This document shows positions 1 through 12,679 of a stretch of DNA of 56,585 nt, piece by piece; position 1 is the stretch's first letter, and every line of letters starts with the position of its first letter. The translations under genes were made by a program, and so were the position numbers. The stretch is taken from the NCBI RefSeq assembly GCF_001194135.2, contig NC_069001.1, forward strand, positions 788,758 through 845,342, in the 5' to 3' direction. This DNA is from Octopus bimaculoides (lineage: Eukaryota). Below the pieces are notes generated by a model. The model was not told the DNA's origin. It saw only the letters and a list, made by a program, of their open reading frames with translations, and searched no databases.

Positions 1-47
1 ATATATATGTATGTATGTATTATGTATGTATGTATTATGTATGTATA

Positions 48-400
48 TTGGGTCATCCCATAAATAATGCAGTTTTTTTCATACTTCTTCTATTTTTCAA
101 AATTAAGATAAACAAAGTTCTTTTTTAATCTAAAATATACTCTCTTTCATTTTCTACAATACTCTTCCATCTATCTGGTAGACTTGCAAGGCCCCTCTTT
201 CAAAATTCACCTGTCTGTGATGAAAAATACTCCCCCAGTACTGTTCTGACTTTGTCTACAGGGTTCATATTTTGTCCATCCAAAAAAATTACCTTGAAGT
301 TCTTCAGTAATACAGCTCATCTGATGATGGGCCATGCTTAGGTTACACATACCAAGTCTATTCAACATAGAGGCACCCTCATCATTTCAAGATTTCTTCA
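48..400 (-). mobile_element. Mariner (Tc1/mariner) transposon 3' remnant, decayed
   Basis: Minus-strand translation ...LASLPDRWKSIVENEREYILD* matches a mariner transposase C-terminus, with stops and frameshifts upstream. A TA followed by a TTGGGTCATCC TIR-like end sits at 46-58. The inner boundary is approximate. Confidence 0.8.
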
Positions 401-444
401 TGTGCAGCCTCTCAATAAGTGGACAAGAAAAAAGCCATTCTTAC

Positions 445-596
445 CTCTTGTAGAGCTTTTTTGTCTGGAGTTTTGGAATTTTGCAGCAGTTTGATGACAT
501 TCTTGGCACCCTCCATCACAGCAGATTCTATCTTGTTGTGGTGTCGCAACTCTTCAATTCTGAGTTCTAATGGAGAATGCACTTCTGTTTGCTGAC
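445..596 (-). CDS. PKN: PKN exon: N-terminal part of HR1c (152 nt, phase 1 to 0)
   Basis: Acceptor ttattctag|GT and donor GAG|gtaaga. Encodes (G)[38 protein letters not shown]...DKKALQE, with the PKN HR1c motif SPLELR-EELRHH. Three tandem HR1 domains distinguish PKN from rhotekin and rhophilin. Confidence 0.97.
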
Positions 597-690
597 CTAG
601 AATAATGAAATTTAAATGTTTTGAAATGAGTTTTTGCCCCATTTTTTTGTTTTGGGATACGAATAGACATTTGACTGTGTACAAGCATGT

Positions 691-732
<42 letters not shown>

Positions 733-1111
733 CAACACATAATATATGTATATCATGTATTTCTGTATATCTTTTCTTGGTTTATTTACAGAACCTGCAA
801 TGGGATTTGAACTCAAAACATAAAGGACAAGAAAATATGCCACTAAGCACTTTCTCTAACATTTTAATCATTCTGCCAGCTTGCTGATAATAATAACAAT
901 TTCTTTTATTCGTTGCAGGGACATCAGATAAAGAGGGCATTGCAAGAATGCTTCAAATGTGTTGCTAATCCTCAACTACTGTTTCCAAGCAAGGTAATAT
1001 TTCTCCATGGCTGGACATGTTTTCCATGGAAGACTGGAAATAAACAAGATCACTTCTATGATGCTTTACAACCATCACATAATGTCTAGACAAGGGCATA
1101 CACACACAACA

Positions 1112-1232
1112 GGCTTTTTTCCATTTGTGTCTACCAAATCCACTCACAAGGTTTTGGTCAGCCCTTGGCAATTAAAGTAGAAGACACTTGCCCAAAGGGC
1201 TGCACAGTGGGGCTGAACCCAAAACAACATGC
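1112..1232 (-). mobile_element. tRNA-type SINE (family A), partial, reverse orientation
   Basis: Reverse complement of the recurrent unit GTGGCTGTGTGG...GGTTCAGTCCC...CTACTATAGCC...TGTGAGTGGATTTGGTAGA. Confidence 0.8.
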
Positions 1233-1255
1233 TTCTTGACAATGCTGCAATGCTT

Positions 1256-1400
1256 GTGGCTGTGTGGTAAGAAGCTTGCTTCCCAACCACATGGTTCTGG
1301 GTGCAGTCCTACTGCGTAACACCTTCTACTATAGCCTCAGGTCGACCAAAGCCTTGTGAGTGGATTTGGTAGATGGAGACTGAAAGAAACCTGTCGTATA
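1256..1400 (+). mobile_element. tRNA-type SINE (family A), representative of roughly 25 copies in both orientations in this window
   Basis: A-box-like GTGGCTGTGTGG, B-box-like GGTTCAGTCCC and a TA/TG-rich tail. Further copies near 2570, 6545, 8360, 13580, 15215, 17470, 20205, 26050, 27190, 29215, 33630, 34440, 38003, 39320, 40885, 44060, 46665, 47205 and 52490. Confidence 0.85.
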
Positions 1401-3248
1401 TAAATATATGTATGTGTGTCTGTGTTTGTCATCCTACCATCACTTGACAATTGATGTTGGTGTGTTTGCGTCCCCCGTAACTTAGCAGTTCGGCAAAGGA
1501 GACTGATTGGGGTCAATTTGTTCTATTAAAGGCAGTGCTCCAGCATGGCCACAGTCAGATGACTGGAACAAGTAGAAGAATATATATAGTTATAATAAAT
1601 ATTTAATACATACATACACATATATAAATATATGTATTTCTAAACATTTAATTTTCTGTAAAATGTTAAACACACAAACGGAAAAAAGAGAAAAAAAAAA
1701 ACTCAAACAATAGATGCATGATGTTTAAACAAAAATAACTGGTTATAAAGCCTGACGTAAAATATGTTTTGCAAATAAAATGTTAACTTAACGAAGTAGA
1801 AATTGATAGGAGATGACAGAAAGAAAAAAGAAAAGAAGAAAAGAAAAAGAAAGAAAGGAAGATAAGATGGATGTTAAACAGGTTCTGCAAGAAAATATTT
1901 CATAGTGCGTTATTTTGTGGTTTAAGCTTCATCATATGCACCTGTATGTGTGTGTGTGTGTGTTTTATACATACATATATGTATATATACACATATATAT
2001 GTATACACACACATGAATATGTGTGTGTGCAGTCAGCATACACACACTATCTATATATGTATATACATATGTATAAATGTGTGTGTATGCATGTGAGCAT
2101 ACACACACAAAGTTTCAGTCCATAATGATATAAAAAGAAGAAAAAAGACGAATAAGAAAGAGCGTCTTTATGTCATTAATCTTAACTAAAGATTGATGAA
2201 TGAAACTGCTCACTTGATCATATCTTCCTCATCCCCACCTCCTACCATCACACAGTAGCACCTCCCAACACTCCACCCCCACCACACACTGTTCAAAACC
2301 AAATGGAGGAAGAAATCAATCGTATGTTATTGCCGTTCTCCAATCGAAATAATGGTTTCAGCCGTGAGAAAGCCGTCCGACCAACAATGGCCTGTTATTA
2401 GATCAGTACTATTAATCATGATAGATAGCCAAGTTTGAAATCTCCCAAGCAATGTAAAGGTTCCAACTGAATACCTGTCAATGCTTTCAGATCAGAGATC
2501 TATAAACGAACATTGGTCGGTCAGTAGCCAGGTTAGGAAATAAATGATAGGCAAAGGGGCAGGTATGGGCACATGGGTAAGAGGGTCACTTTGTAATCAA
2601 ATGCTTCTGGGTTCAGTTCCACAGCAAGGTGATGGAACCATTACAGCTCCTGGCCAACCAAAGCTTTGAAGTGGATTCTGGAAGATGGAAACTGAAAGAA
2701 ACCAGTTGCTGTCATCATCATCATCATCATCATCATCATTTAACGTCCTTTTTCTCCATGTCAGCATGAGTTGGATGAGTTGACAAGAACAGACAAACCA
2801 GAGGGCTTTGTTGTCTGCTCAGGCATGGTTTCCACATCTGCATGCCTTTCCTAACACGAACCACTTTACAGTGGCACCAGCACTGGTGAGGTCATCAAGT
2901 ACCTACAAGATGAGACCCCTCAACTGAGTGGGGTATATAGACAGGAGGAATAAGAAACTGTGATGGTGTGTTCTTGTTTTGACAGTTTTAAAGTGACCAT
3001 CACTACCAAACAAATGACGTTGTTCAAATAACCAGTATTTGATGTCTGGCCATGAGGAAATATTACCTTGCTTGGAAACAGATGGCGGCTGGTGACAAAA
3101 AGGGCATCCAGCTGTTAAAAAACCTGCCTCAAGAATATTCTAGCTGCTGAATATTCAAAGTGCCTCTCACATTTACTCTATGATGTCATTCTAAAAATAA
3201 ATAATTACTTCATCAAAATCTTGAAGCTACAAAATAATGCATGATTAA

Positions 3249-3354
3249 CCTTTCGCATGCTGTAGGTGCATTATGTCACTGTATGAGTTCTCTCCCCTGT
3301 AGCTGCAGGGCAGTGACAAGGAAACAATTCTAGAGTAATACAGTGTGCTAAAGG
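3249..3354. mobile_element. 106-bp TTAA-flanked MITE nested inside another repeat
   Basis: TTAA at 3245-3248 and 3355-3358, with ends CCTTTCGCAT and GTGCTAAAGG (8/10 inverted match). The host repeat is uninterrupted at a single TTAA in the copy near 14720. Confidence 0.75.
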
Positions 3355-3521
3355 TTAATTCAAAACAATGTGAATAAACAAGCCTTACATTTGACAGAAT
3401 AATTTGAATGCTGAAAGGTAAAGCATTTTGTCCAACATGCTCATGGTTTGGCCAACTTGCTGCCTTAATAATAATAAAAATGATAATAATAATGAAATGA
3501 ATTGAAGAATAAAAGAATTAC

Positions 3522-3690
3522 CAGCTGATTGTGAAGTTGCATCTTGTGCCGCTTTCAATGTTTGCATGCGAATAATTTCAATTTTAAATTTGGCGTCGGA
3601 CAACATCTGCTGTGCTTCAGCCAGAAGCTTCTTGTCTCGTGATGAACCAGTACTATACATAGTAATCATATTTTCAGCACCTTGTTTCAC
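3522..3690 (-). CDS. PKN: PKN exon: HR1b body (169 nt, phase 0 to 1)
   Basis: Acceptor ttttccgcag|GTG and donor GCTG|gtaatt. Encodes [43 protein letters not shown]..., closely matching PKN HR1b. The GTG is an internal Val, not a start codon. Confidence 0.97.
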
Positions 3691-4321
3691 CTGCGGAAAA
3701 TAGAAAAGACATGAATGTGGGGGTGGGATGCAAACATTTTAGTGTTTATAATTCTGATGGCACTGGAAAATATTGAGGTTTGATAACCCTTTCGATACAA
3801 ACTTACCAACATAATGTCACTGCTATTGTTCAAATAGTTTCAATGTGATATAGTGTAGTGCAAGATTGTTGAAGAAAAGAATGGTTAGAAAGAGGAATAT
3901 GAGCCATGCCATGTAAACATTTGTGAAGAACAAAAGATGATAATCAAAATCTAAACATTATTATTTCTCTTTTGTTGCAATGAGAAAGAAAAAAAAATTC
4001 ACAATTGCAGCAAGAAATTTATAAAGTAATCTATAGAATTTTAAATATAGACCCTATAATTAGTAGAGCAATTTTAAATGAAACCTGTAATTATTATGCC
4101 ATCAATGTTCCTATTTTAATTATGTTTGATATATTGAGGAAAAAACCAATGAAGAAAAACAAAAACAAAAACAAATGATTCCACTGAGATGGAAACAAAA
4201 CCTTCAAACACAGAGAGGCTTTCTTTTTGTTTTTGTTTTTAAGATACAATGGTAAGCTATTGATGAAGACATTCAAATTAAAGATGAAATCAAAACTGGA
4301 TATCAAGATATGTTGTTGTTG

Positions 4322-4518
4322 TTAACCGTTTTGTTGTTATCCTGTTTCTGTTGAAAGACACTTCGCTTGTTTCAATTAATTTGAAAATAATGAAGCAGAT
4401 AATAAAATAACTTTGTCAATAACAATGTGGCATTTCAAACAACATAAAGCAACAAAGAATTCTGATAGAAGGTAGAAATCAGGGTCAGTCTGAGGCAAGT
4501 TGGTAACAAAAGTGTTAA
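4322..4518 (+). mobile_element. TTAA-bounded piggyBac-like MITE
   Basis: TTAACC...GTGTTAA ends and an internal AT-rich body shared with copies near 25200, 28850, 36660, 37300, 42300 and 55495. Confidence 0.7.
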
Positions 4519-4582
4519 AATAATCTTAACGCATTCATTGAAGTCCTAAGCATTAGAAAGAAACTTCATATCATCATCATTT

Positions 4583-4805
4583 TTAACCCTTTTGTTACCA
4601 ACCCGGTTGAAACCGGCTCTGGCTCTGTAGTACAAATGTTTTGTTTTCATAAGTTTTGAATTAAAATCTTCCACCAAACCTTAGTCACAATTTATGTTCC
4701 TAACACTAGCTTAATGACAACGAAGTTACTTTACTAAATTCTTTGTTATATTTAAAAGTAATTGAAAGAAACACAGAACATCTCAACAGAAATACAGTAA
4801 CGAAT
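4583..4805 (-). mobile_element. Same MITE family, opposite orientation
   Basis: Begins TTAACCCTTTTGTTACC, and its body is the reverse complement of the 4322-4518 copy. Confidence 0.7.
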
Positions 4806-5029
4806 ATACATGTAAACATACACACACACACACACACACACAGATATATATAAACATATATATGTGTGAGTATATAACAACAATTAACCAACAAAATTCC
4901 TTTTTGTATGTACAACAAAGAATGACAGGATAGTCATGCCTGGAATGCTTTTGATCATAGGTCTGCTCAGTAAAGTTTGACCTTGGGCTAAACAACAGTG
5001 TGTGTGTGTGTATGTGTATGTGTGTGTAT

Positions 5030-5095
<66 letters not shown>

Positions 5096-5500
5096 NNNNN
5101 NNNNNNNNNNNNNNNNNNNNNNNNNNNNNNNNNNNNNNNNNNNNNNNNNNNNNNNNNNNNNNNNNNNNNNNNNNNNNNNNNNNNNNNNNNNNNNNNNNNN
5201 NNNNNNNNNNNNNNNNNNNNNNNNNNNNNNNNNNNNNNNNNNNNNNNNNNNNNNNNNNNNNNNNNNNNNNNNNNNNNNNNNNNNNNNNNNNNNNTGTAGG
5301 AAAAGCTGCTGCCAAGGAAAAAAAGTCGATATTGACAAAAATTTATTTTTAAAACAAATTTCAAAGAAGATACATTATTATGGGCCACTTTCTGATTCCC
5401 AAAAGCATACAAGAAGTACACATGCACACACACACATTACATTTATACACACAAATACATCATGTGTGTGTGTGTGTGTGTGTGTGTGTAGTGTGTGTAA

Positions 5501-5549
<49 letters not shown>

Positions 5550-8486
5550 AATAGTATAATGAAATCAATTACTGATTGTCTTTTAAGATTTTTACTCCAT
5601 CAATCAATTTAGATAGTTTGGAGGAAGGAAGCTGTTTTGAAAGGAAGAAAGCAAAGGAAAAAAGGAAAAGGATAGGATATAAATAGTTAAAGGAATTGCG
5701 TAGAAATGGGAATAAATGGTGAAGGAAAAGTAGAGGAAGAGAGTAAGAGATTATGATAAGAGAAGAATAAGAAAGACGGTGAGAGAGAGGGGGGGTAAGA
5801 AAAAATGAGACAACAGAAAGAGGGGGAAAGGAAAGAGAGGAAGAGAGAAAATACAGAGGGGAGAGAGAAAGGGAGACAAAGGGTAGATGTGAGATAGATC
5901 ATCATCATCATCATCATCATCATCTACATCATCACCAACACCGTCATCAAAATCACTACTACCACCATCATCATCATCATCTTCATCATCATTATCATTT
6001 AAGTCCACTTTTCATGCTAGTATGGGTTGGATGGAGAGATGACAGAGCAGATACGAGAGAGAGAGAGAATAAACTAGAAGACAGGAGAGAGAATACAGGA
6101 GCAAAGAGAGAATAATGGAGGAGGAGAAAAAGAAGAGGAGGAGGAGGAGAGAAACAGAAGAGGAGGAGAAAAGAAGAGGAGGAGGAGAGAAACAGAAAAA
6201 AGAAATGTTAAATAAGATTTCTACTGCAACGGCTTTAAGAATATTATTCCAGTGTGTTACATCATTAAAAGGAATAATCTATTAATGATTGCACTTAACC
6301 CAGGTAGAATTTATCAATAAACAGCTGCTCTAATTGCTAACATCTAGGGAATGAATGCATGTATGTATAGCAACTTTCTGTTTAGTCTTCAGGAAAAAAG
6401 GAAAAAGAAGAAAAAGTCTGTTAAGGAATTTTTAGAAACAGTATTCATACAATACTCCAAAGATATAATTTTCTCTGCATACAACAAGAAAATAGAAGTG
6501 TTGAAAAAAAAAAAAGAAAAAATATATTAATTAGGCACAGGTAATAGCTGTGTGGTTAGGATGCTCAATTTGCAACCATGTGGTTTTGGGTTCAGTCTCA
6601 ATGCATGGCACCCTGAACAAGTGTCCTCTACCATAGCCTCGGACACAAGCTGAACAATGTGAGGGAAATTCGTGGATGGAAACTGTGTGGAAGCCTATTA
6701 TATATCAGTATCAGTTCCTCTTGTGTTCTTGAGCACATCAGGCAGAAAGCTGATGCCACTAGTTTCTAGTGGCTGCAGTTTTCTCTACATCCACCCTTGA
6801 CCATTCTCATGTCATTTATGGAGTTTATACATACATACATACATACATGCATACATACATACAGGTATGGTGATGTAAACAGGAAAAATAGAACTCAAAA
6901 TATGAATATTTTCATAATTATTTTAGTTGAAGTAACAGAGTGACATGCGTTGGCATTGGTTTTGATGTATGAGGATCTGACAACCTACACCTTCTTTGTC
7001 AATCATAATGTTTAAGTTGAATGTGACATTTGAGTCACACCAACAATTTGCAAAGAAGCCCACAGATGTTGCAAGAATGAGGACTGTATAATTTAATATC
7101 ATCTGGATAATAACCTTATAGCATGCTTCTCAAAGCACCTCCATGTATATCAGCTACCATATGCTATCATACAGCAGGAATTCTCCTTTTATTGGATATA
7201 CATGTAAAAATCCATTTATATTCGCAGAATTCATACAAAAAAATTATAATACAAGATGGAATGAACAGGCTTTAATTCAAACCACAACAATTGTTTCTGT
7301 GAACTAGCATCAGCTGTTAGTTGCTAAGTGTCTCACATACTGTATATAATCTATATATATATAAATATTGTATAAATATGACGCAGCAATGGTTGTGTAC
7401 CTGCATGTTATCAGGTGAGTGGCTCTGAGAACACTCTAACGCAGAGAAAGAGTTGTTGTCCTTGTTTTGACATTGCACGATAGTTGTGAGTGAATGCCAC
7501 TGTCAAACAAGCAGTGACATTCATTTTCAATATTCTTTCTAAACGTGTCTGGCCATTGAGAGATATTGGCTTGCTTGGAAACAGGTAAAAGCCGGTGACA
7601 GGAAGGGCATCCAGACATAGAAATTCTGCCTCAACAAATTCCGTTTGATCCATGCAAGCATACAATCTAAATCATTGCTTCAGCATGACCTCTGTTGGTA
7701 AAGTTCACCTCTGGAGATAACCCATTCTCACATGAAGATATATATATACATATATATATATATATATGACAGATGAATGGATGGATCAGTGTTCTGATCA
7801 AGAAAGAAAAGAAAAAAAAAACTGAAGAAAAAGAAAGAAGGAAAGAAAAGAAAAAGAAAAGAAGGTGAGAAAGGAAGGAAGGAAGAATGGAAGGCAAGAA
7901 GTAAGCCTATCCAGTCGTCGAATAGTTTGCCACATGTAAACAGGCACGTGTCAGTAAGTAGACAAAAGTGAGAATTCCCACTTGGCCCAAGGTGAACATT
8001 CTAATGAAGAGAACGAAGGAGATATTTCGCTTCTTCTTTGTGTTCCTTCATATCATTTTGTGTCTCATAAAACAGAAGCAAAAACATTTTTTTTTTCCTA
8101 AAAACACACTGCTTGGTTTTGATTTCACAGACAATTATATTTACATCATTGTGATGCATTTTCTTTTTAAAATGGGTTGTTTGTGAGCAAGAGAGAGAGT
8201 GATATCTTTTATATGAAGATGTTTATTACCCCAGCCCCCCCCCCCTCACATCACCTCCTGTCTTTAAAGGAAAACAGATCTCTTAGTAAAAATAGCATTG
8301 ACTAAATAAGAAAAATAAACAATAATAGAAGACATTACCATTATCATCATAACAGGCACTGATGTAGTTGAGGAATTGGCTTCCCAACCACATAGTTACA
8401 GGTTCAGTCCCACTGCATGGCACCATCCATGGGCAAGGGTCTTCTACCATAGTACCAGGACAACCAAAGTCTATTANNNNNNNNNN

Positions 8487-8537
<51 letters not shown>

Positions 8538-9604
8538 CATATATATACACACACACATATATGCCCATGTGTCTCCCTGTCTTGTCATCCCATGATGGTT
8601 GGAAATGGACATCACTGGTCATACAAGCAAGGTTGTTTCCAGTTTTCTGTGGAAAACATGTTCGGCCATGAAAAAATATTGCCTTGCTTGGAAACGGGTG
8701 AGAGTTGGCAACAGGAAGAGCATCCAGCCATAGAACATCTGCCATCCAACCCATGCAAGCATGGGAAAGTGGACGTTGAGTAAATTATGAGGACGCCTTT
8801 TTCAAGATGTATATGGATTACAGCAGCAAACCAAAACCAGTGTGGAAGACAAGGGCTTGCATGGAAAATCTTATGTCTTTGGATTCTGTGAAATTATTGA
8901 TATTAAAATCCCTTAAGTCCTTTTGTTTTGAATCCAAGGTGGATGTTGTTAACTAATTACAAATAAACTTATAACATAACTAAAAAGATGACTTTTTTGA
9001 CTTCCGACTAGCCCCCTACCCCACCTCACTCCCACCTTGTTCTTCTGATCCCGATCTGTCTTAGACAGGGACACAGGTATTACAAAAGGAACAGAGGGAC
9101 ATGAAAGGACACACACTCGGACAGATACATTGACATACTGACACAGTACAGACACACTAGCTCATACACGAGCACATAGACACACAGACACACTCACACA
9201 AGAGATGCATACAGACACATACAAACTCACATACACACACACATAGATTTGAATGCACACACACCTCGTCTACAGTCACGGACACACTTGTATCACTTGC
9301 ATAAAATACACACACACACATACACTCATGTAGCAACTCACACCCTCATAGACACATGCAATAACACATACACACAGAGGCAGGGATTCACAAAGCTCTA
9401 TGTATACAAACACGTTTCCTGCACAAGAGCTCAGAAATGTGTTTGTATGAAGTTTATTGATTCACAAACTGGGTCAAGGCCTTTGCAAACCACATGTATA
9501 AAAGATCAATATAGGGCCCAAGATAAAACTACATTTGAAAAGCATATGCAGGCAAATACACACACCTTATAATATATATACATAATGCATACATTATATA
9601 CATA

Positions 9605-10014
9605 CAGGGTACGGTGAATAAATTGCCATCTAAATTTCATCAAAATTGAAAATAACACTAACATCTCATTTCAACAGCCATATTTACCAAAATTACATAA
9701 AAATATCTTGAAATACTAAAGAATAAATTTATTCAATAAAATCGCCATTGGCTTCAACCACGGCCTCCAGATGACTTCAGAATCTCCTGCAACTCTTCTG
9801 GATGGTCTCCTTGTTTAAGTTGGTGAATGCTGCAATAATCCTTGCTTTCGGATCATCTTTGGTGTTACAAGGAGTTTTGTTGGTCTCTCTCTCAACTGCA
9901 CCCCACACATAATAATCAAGGGGGTTGCAGTCTAGGGTATTAGGTGGCCAGATGTTAGGGGTGATGTGGTCACTGAAATTGTCTGACAGTCATGACTGGG
10001 TTCTCCTGCTTTTA
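9605..10014 (-). mobile_element. Tc1/mariner (maT/DD37D-like) transposase 3' remnant with one TIR
   Basis: Minus strand encodes ...IWPPNTLDCNPLDYYVWGAVERETNK...SCRRF*SHLEAVVEANGDFIE*, a degenerate WPxxSPDxNPxD motif ending in Asp with an in-frame stop. TA|CAGGGT terminus at 9603-9610. Confidence 0.85.
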
Positions 10015-11195
10015 TGCCTATCTCGGTTGCTATGGCATTGAGGTAGATCCAGGTTTTGTCCCTGTTAACGGGGGTGGCCAGATCTACCTTAATGCCATAA
10101 AACCGAGATAGGCAGGTGCAGCCCACCCCAACCTTTGGGCTGGCTGGCTGGTGCTCATTCTCCTTTGCTATGATGAAGCTTTTATGGAGCTGGATTTTCT
10201 ATGGGGAGCATGCCCTTGCTTACCCACCAACCTCAGTTTCTAGACATGAGTGGTACCAAAACCAAGGCCTCTACCACGATTTTTAAGAAATGTGGTGGAA
10301 AACTAGCTCAGGAATGCAGTATTAATATTAAAAAGCAATTTCAATATCCTACTTTATGTGAGTGGATTGTTAGAATGCTGTATTGCTGCAGAATTCGCCT
10401 TGAGAGATCTTCTCATATAGACATACAGTGCTAAAAGCACAGACATATCGTTAACAGATGAGAACTGTCTATCACAGGTGGTGGGTGGTGCATGTCAGAT
10501 GATTCTCACCTGTGTTTCTTCTTAGCACCATATGTCTAAATGAAAGGATCTCTCAAGATAAATACCACTGTAATATGACATTCTAACAATACATCCACGT
10601 TAAGTAAGATATAAAAATTCCCATACACACATAGATACACATGCACACACACTCAGAGATACACACACAAATATATAAGACAGAATGATTTAAATGATCA
10701 AATTGGTTCCCAAACCAACATAATATCCAGATTACTTAACAAAATTCATTATTCCCAAAGTACATCACCACCCTGACATATTTTGTACATACTGAGAAAT
10801 TTCACAGCTTAAACAAATAAATTTATAAACCTGTTGTTCTACATTTTTCTCCCCCCCCCCCACCACCACCACCAAGTAACATAAACATTTTAGCCAAAAA
10901 CCTAACTGATCACTAGAATCGTGGTTTCAATGGCTGGGTGCCCCTTTTTATGGCAACCACTTCATGGTGGTTGGCATTGAGAAGGGCATTCAGTCATAAA
11001 AGTCAAAGCTGACGACATTCAGGACTGATGCATCTGCAACTTGCCAGTTCCTGTCAAACCATCCAACCCAAACCAGCAGGGAAAAACTGACATCAAATGC
11101 TGTTGGTGATGACAAGCAGTGTGTCTCAACAGAAACACTGGATGAGCAAAGAGATTCTACATTTCAATTCAGGAAGAAAATATACATACATATAC

Positions 11196-11237
<42 letters not shown>

Positions 11238-11639
11238 GTGTGTGTGAGAGAGAGATAGTTTATGATTTATTTGAAGAGAATCTAAGATGAACAATCATCA
11301 ACAACCTTTATATTATCCTCACAGAAACACAAAGAACATAATTTTGTTTTTCTCACGTTGGGAAGACGATGGAGGCAAAATTGAAATAAAAACCTTTACA
11401 CAAAATACTTCAGCAAGTAAAAAAAAAAAAACATAGACTTCTAAAACATGGAGAGCATGAAGGACGTGATTCATCACAAGTGTGGCAGATAAAGAAAACA
11501 AAACTAAGAAGGAAACAATCCGAGACATATGAGAATGGTAAAAGTTCTTCTAGAATGATAGAAGAACTTTGGAATTTGAGGGAGGCAAACATAGCAGAAA
11601 ACATGTAGGTAGCAAAATAACTGAAGAGAATGCTAAATT

Positions 11640-11800
11640 ACACAGACTGCTATCATGGAACCGTTGGCTGCTGAATATACCTCAAAGTCAATGAGCTAAG
11701 AGCTTCTTTCTTCAAAGTGCTGCTCTCTGGAACTCGTTACCATTCTCTTGTTTTACAATATCCAGTCTGTTTTCTGTGAATTGACATCTTTTGAATTTGT
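11640..11800 (+). mobile_element. CR1/L2-group LINE 3' remnant
   Basis: 11701 onward reads SFFLQSAALWNSLPFSCF, resembling the SFF-----LWNSLP ORF2 C-terminal motif. Confidence 0.5.
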
Positions 11801-12567
11801 AGGGTCCCTTCTTTTACTTCTTTGTAACCCTTTATGCCAGAGAGGCCTCAAGGCTTCTTGGGGACAAAAGCATCTCTACTGCACCCACCTTTTATTTCTT
11901 GAAAGACAGAAATAAGTAGAACTTTCATGGTTGAGATGTTTGTTTCTCGACTATGTGGTTTGGGGTTTAGCCCCAGGGTGTGACATATTCTATTCTAGCC
12001 CCAGGTTAACAAAAAAATTTGCGAGTAAATAAGGCAGACAGAAACTGTCATGAATGCAGGGGTGGCTCTTTACTCCTTCCTCTCCCCACTTCCTATCTCA
12101 CTCTATCCTGTCTACTCATACCCACTCCCTCCATTCTCCAACTCCCTCTCACACTCCTACTTAACACCACTCCCCCACCCTTCTCCCTTTCCATTCATTC
12201 ACTCTTTGATTCTGACACTGTGCACATGTGAAAACATTATTAATATACAAACAGTATTATGTGTATATATATATATATATAAAACAGTATTCTATATGTA
12301 TGTGTGTGTGTGTGTAACAGTTATATTAACATTGTTATAATAAACAATTAATGCTACATAAATCCTAAGTACTAAAGTGAGATCCCTTGGCAGAACCTTC
12401 AGTTTCCAATAATGGCAAGGCTTGACAAGACCAAGCAAGGCATGGCGGCATGCTTATGCACAAAAGCAAAAGAAGATTACAATCTAATTATTGTTAGCTT
12501 AATATCACAGCCAATCAGAATAATTTATTACAGCACAAGCATATGACACTTTTAACTTCAATAATTT

Positions 12568-12679
12568 GTCTGTCTGTTTGTCTGACTCTCCGTCTGTCTG
12601 TTTGTCTGACTCTCCGTCTGTCTGTTTGTCTGACTCTCCGTCTGTCTGTTTGTCTGACTCTCCGTCTGTCTGTTTGTCT
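12568..12679. repeat. Minisatellite: 24-bp unit GTCTGTCTGTTTGTCTGACTCTCC, four perfect copies plus a partial copy
   Basis: Read directly from the sequence; it produces the QTNRQTES repeat in the ORF track. Confidence 0.95.

Noticed and set aside
4783-5504. ORFs of 100-216 aa with CV/HT repeats and X runs
   Set aside because: They are dinucleotide repeats plus an N gap, with no coding signal. The same applies near 17400-17870, 34900-35180 and 35590-35980.
12568-12679. Regular repeat considered as a CRISPR-like array
   Set aside because: The units are head-to-tail with no spacers and the context is eukaryotic. It is a minisatellite.
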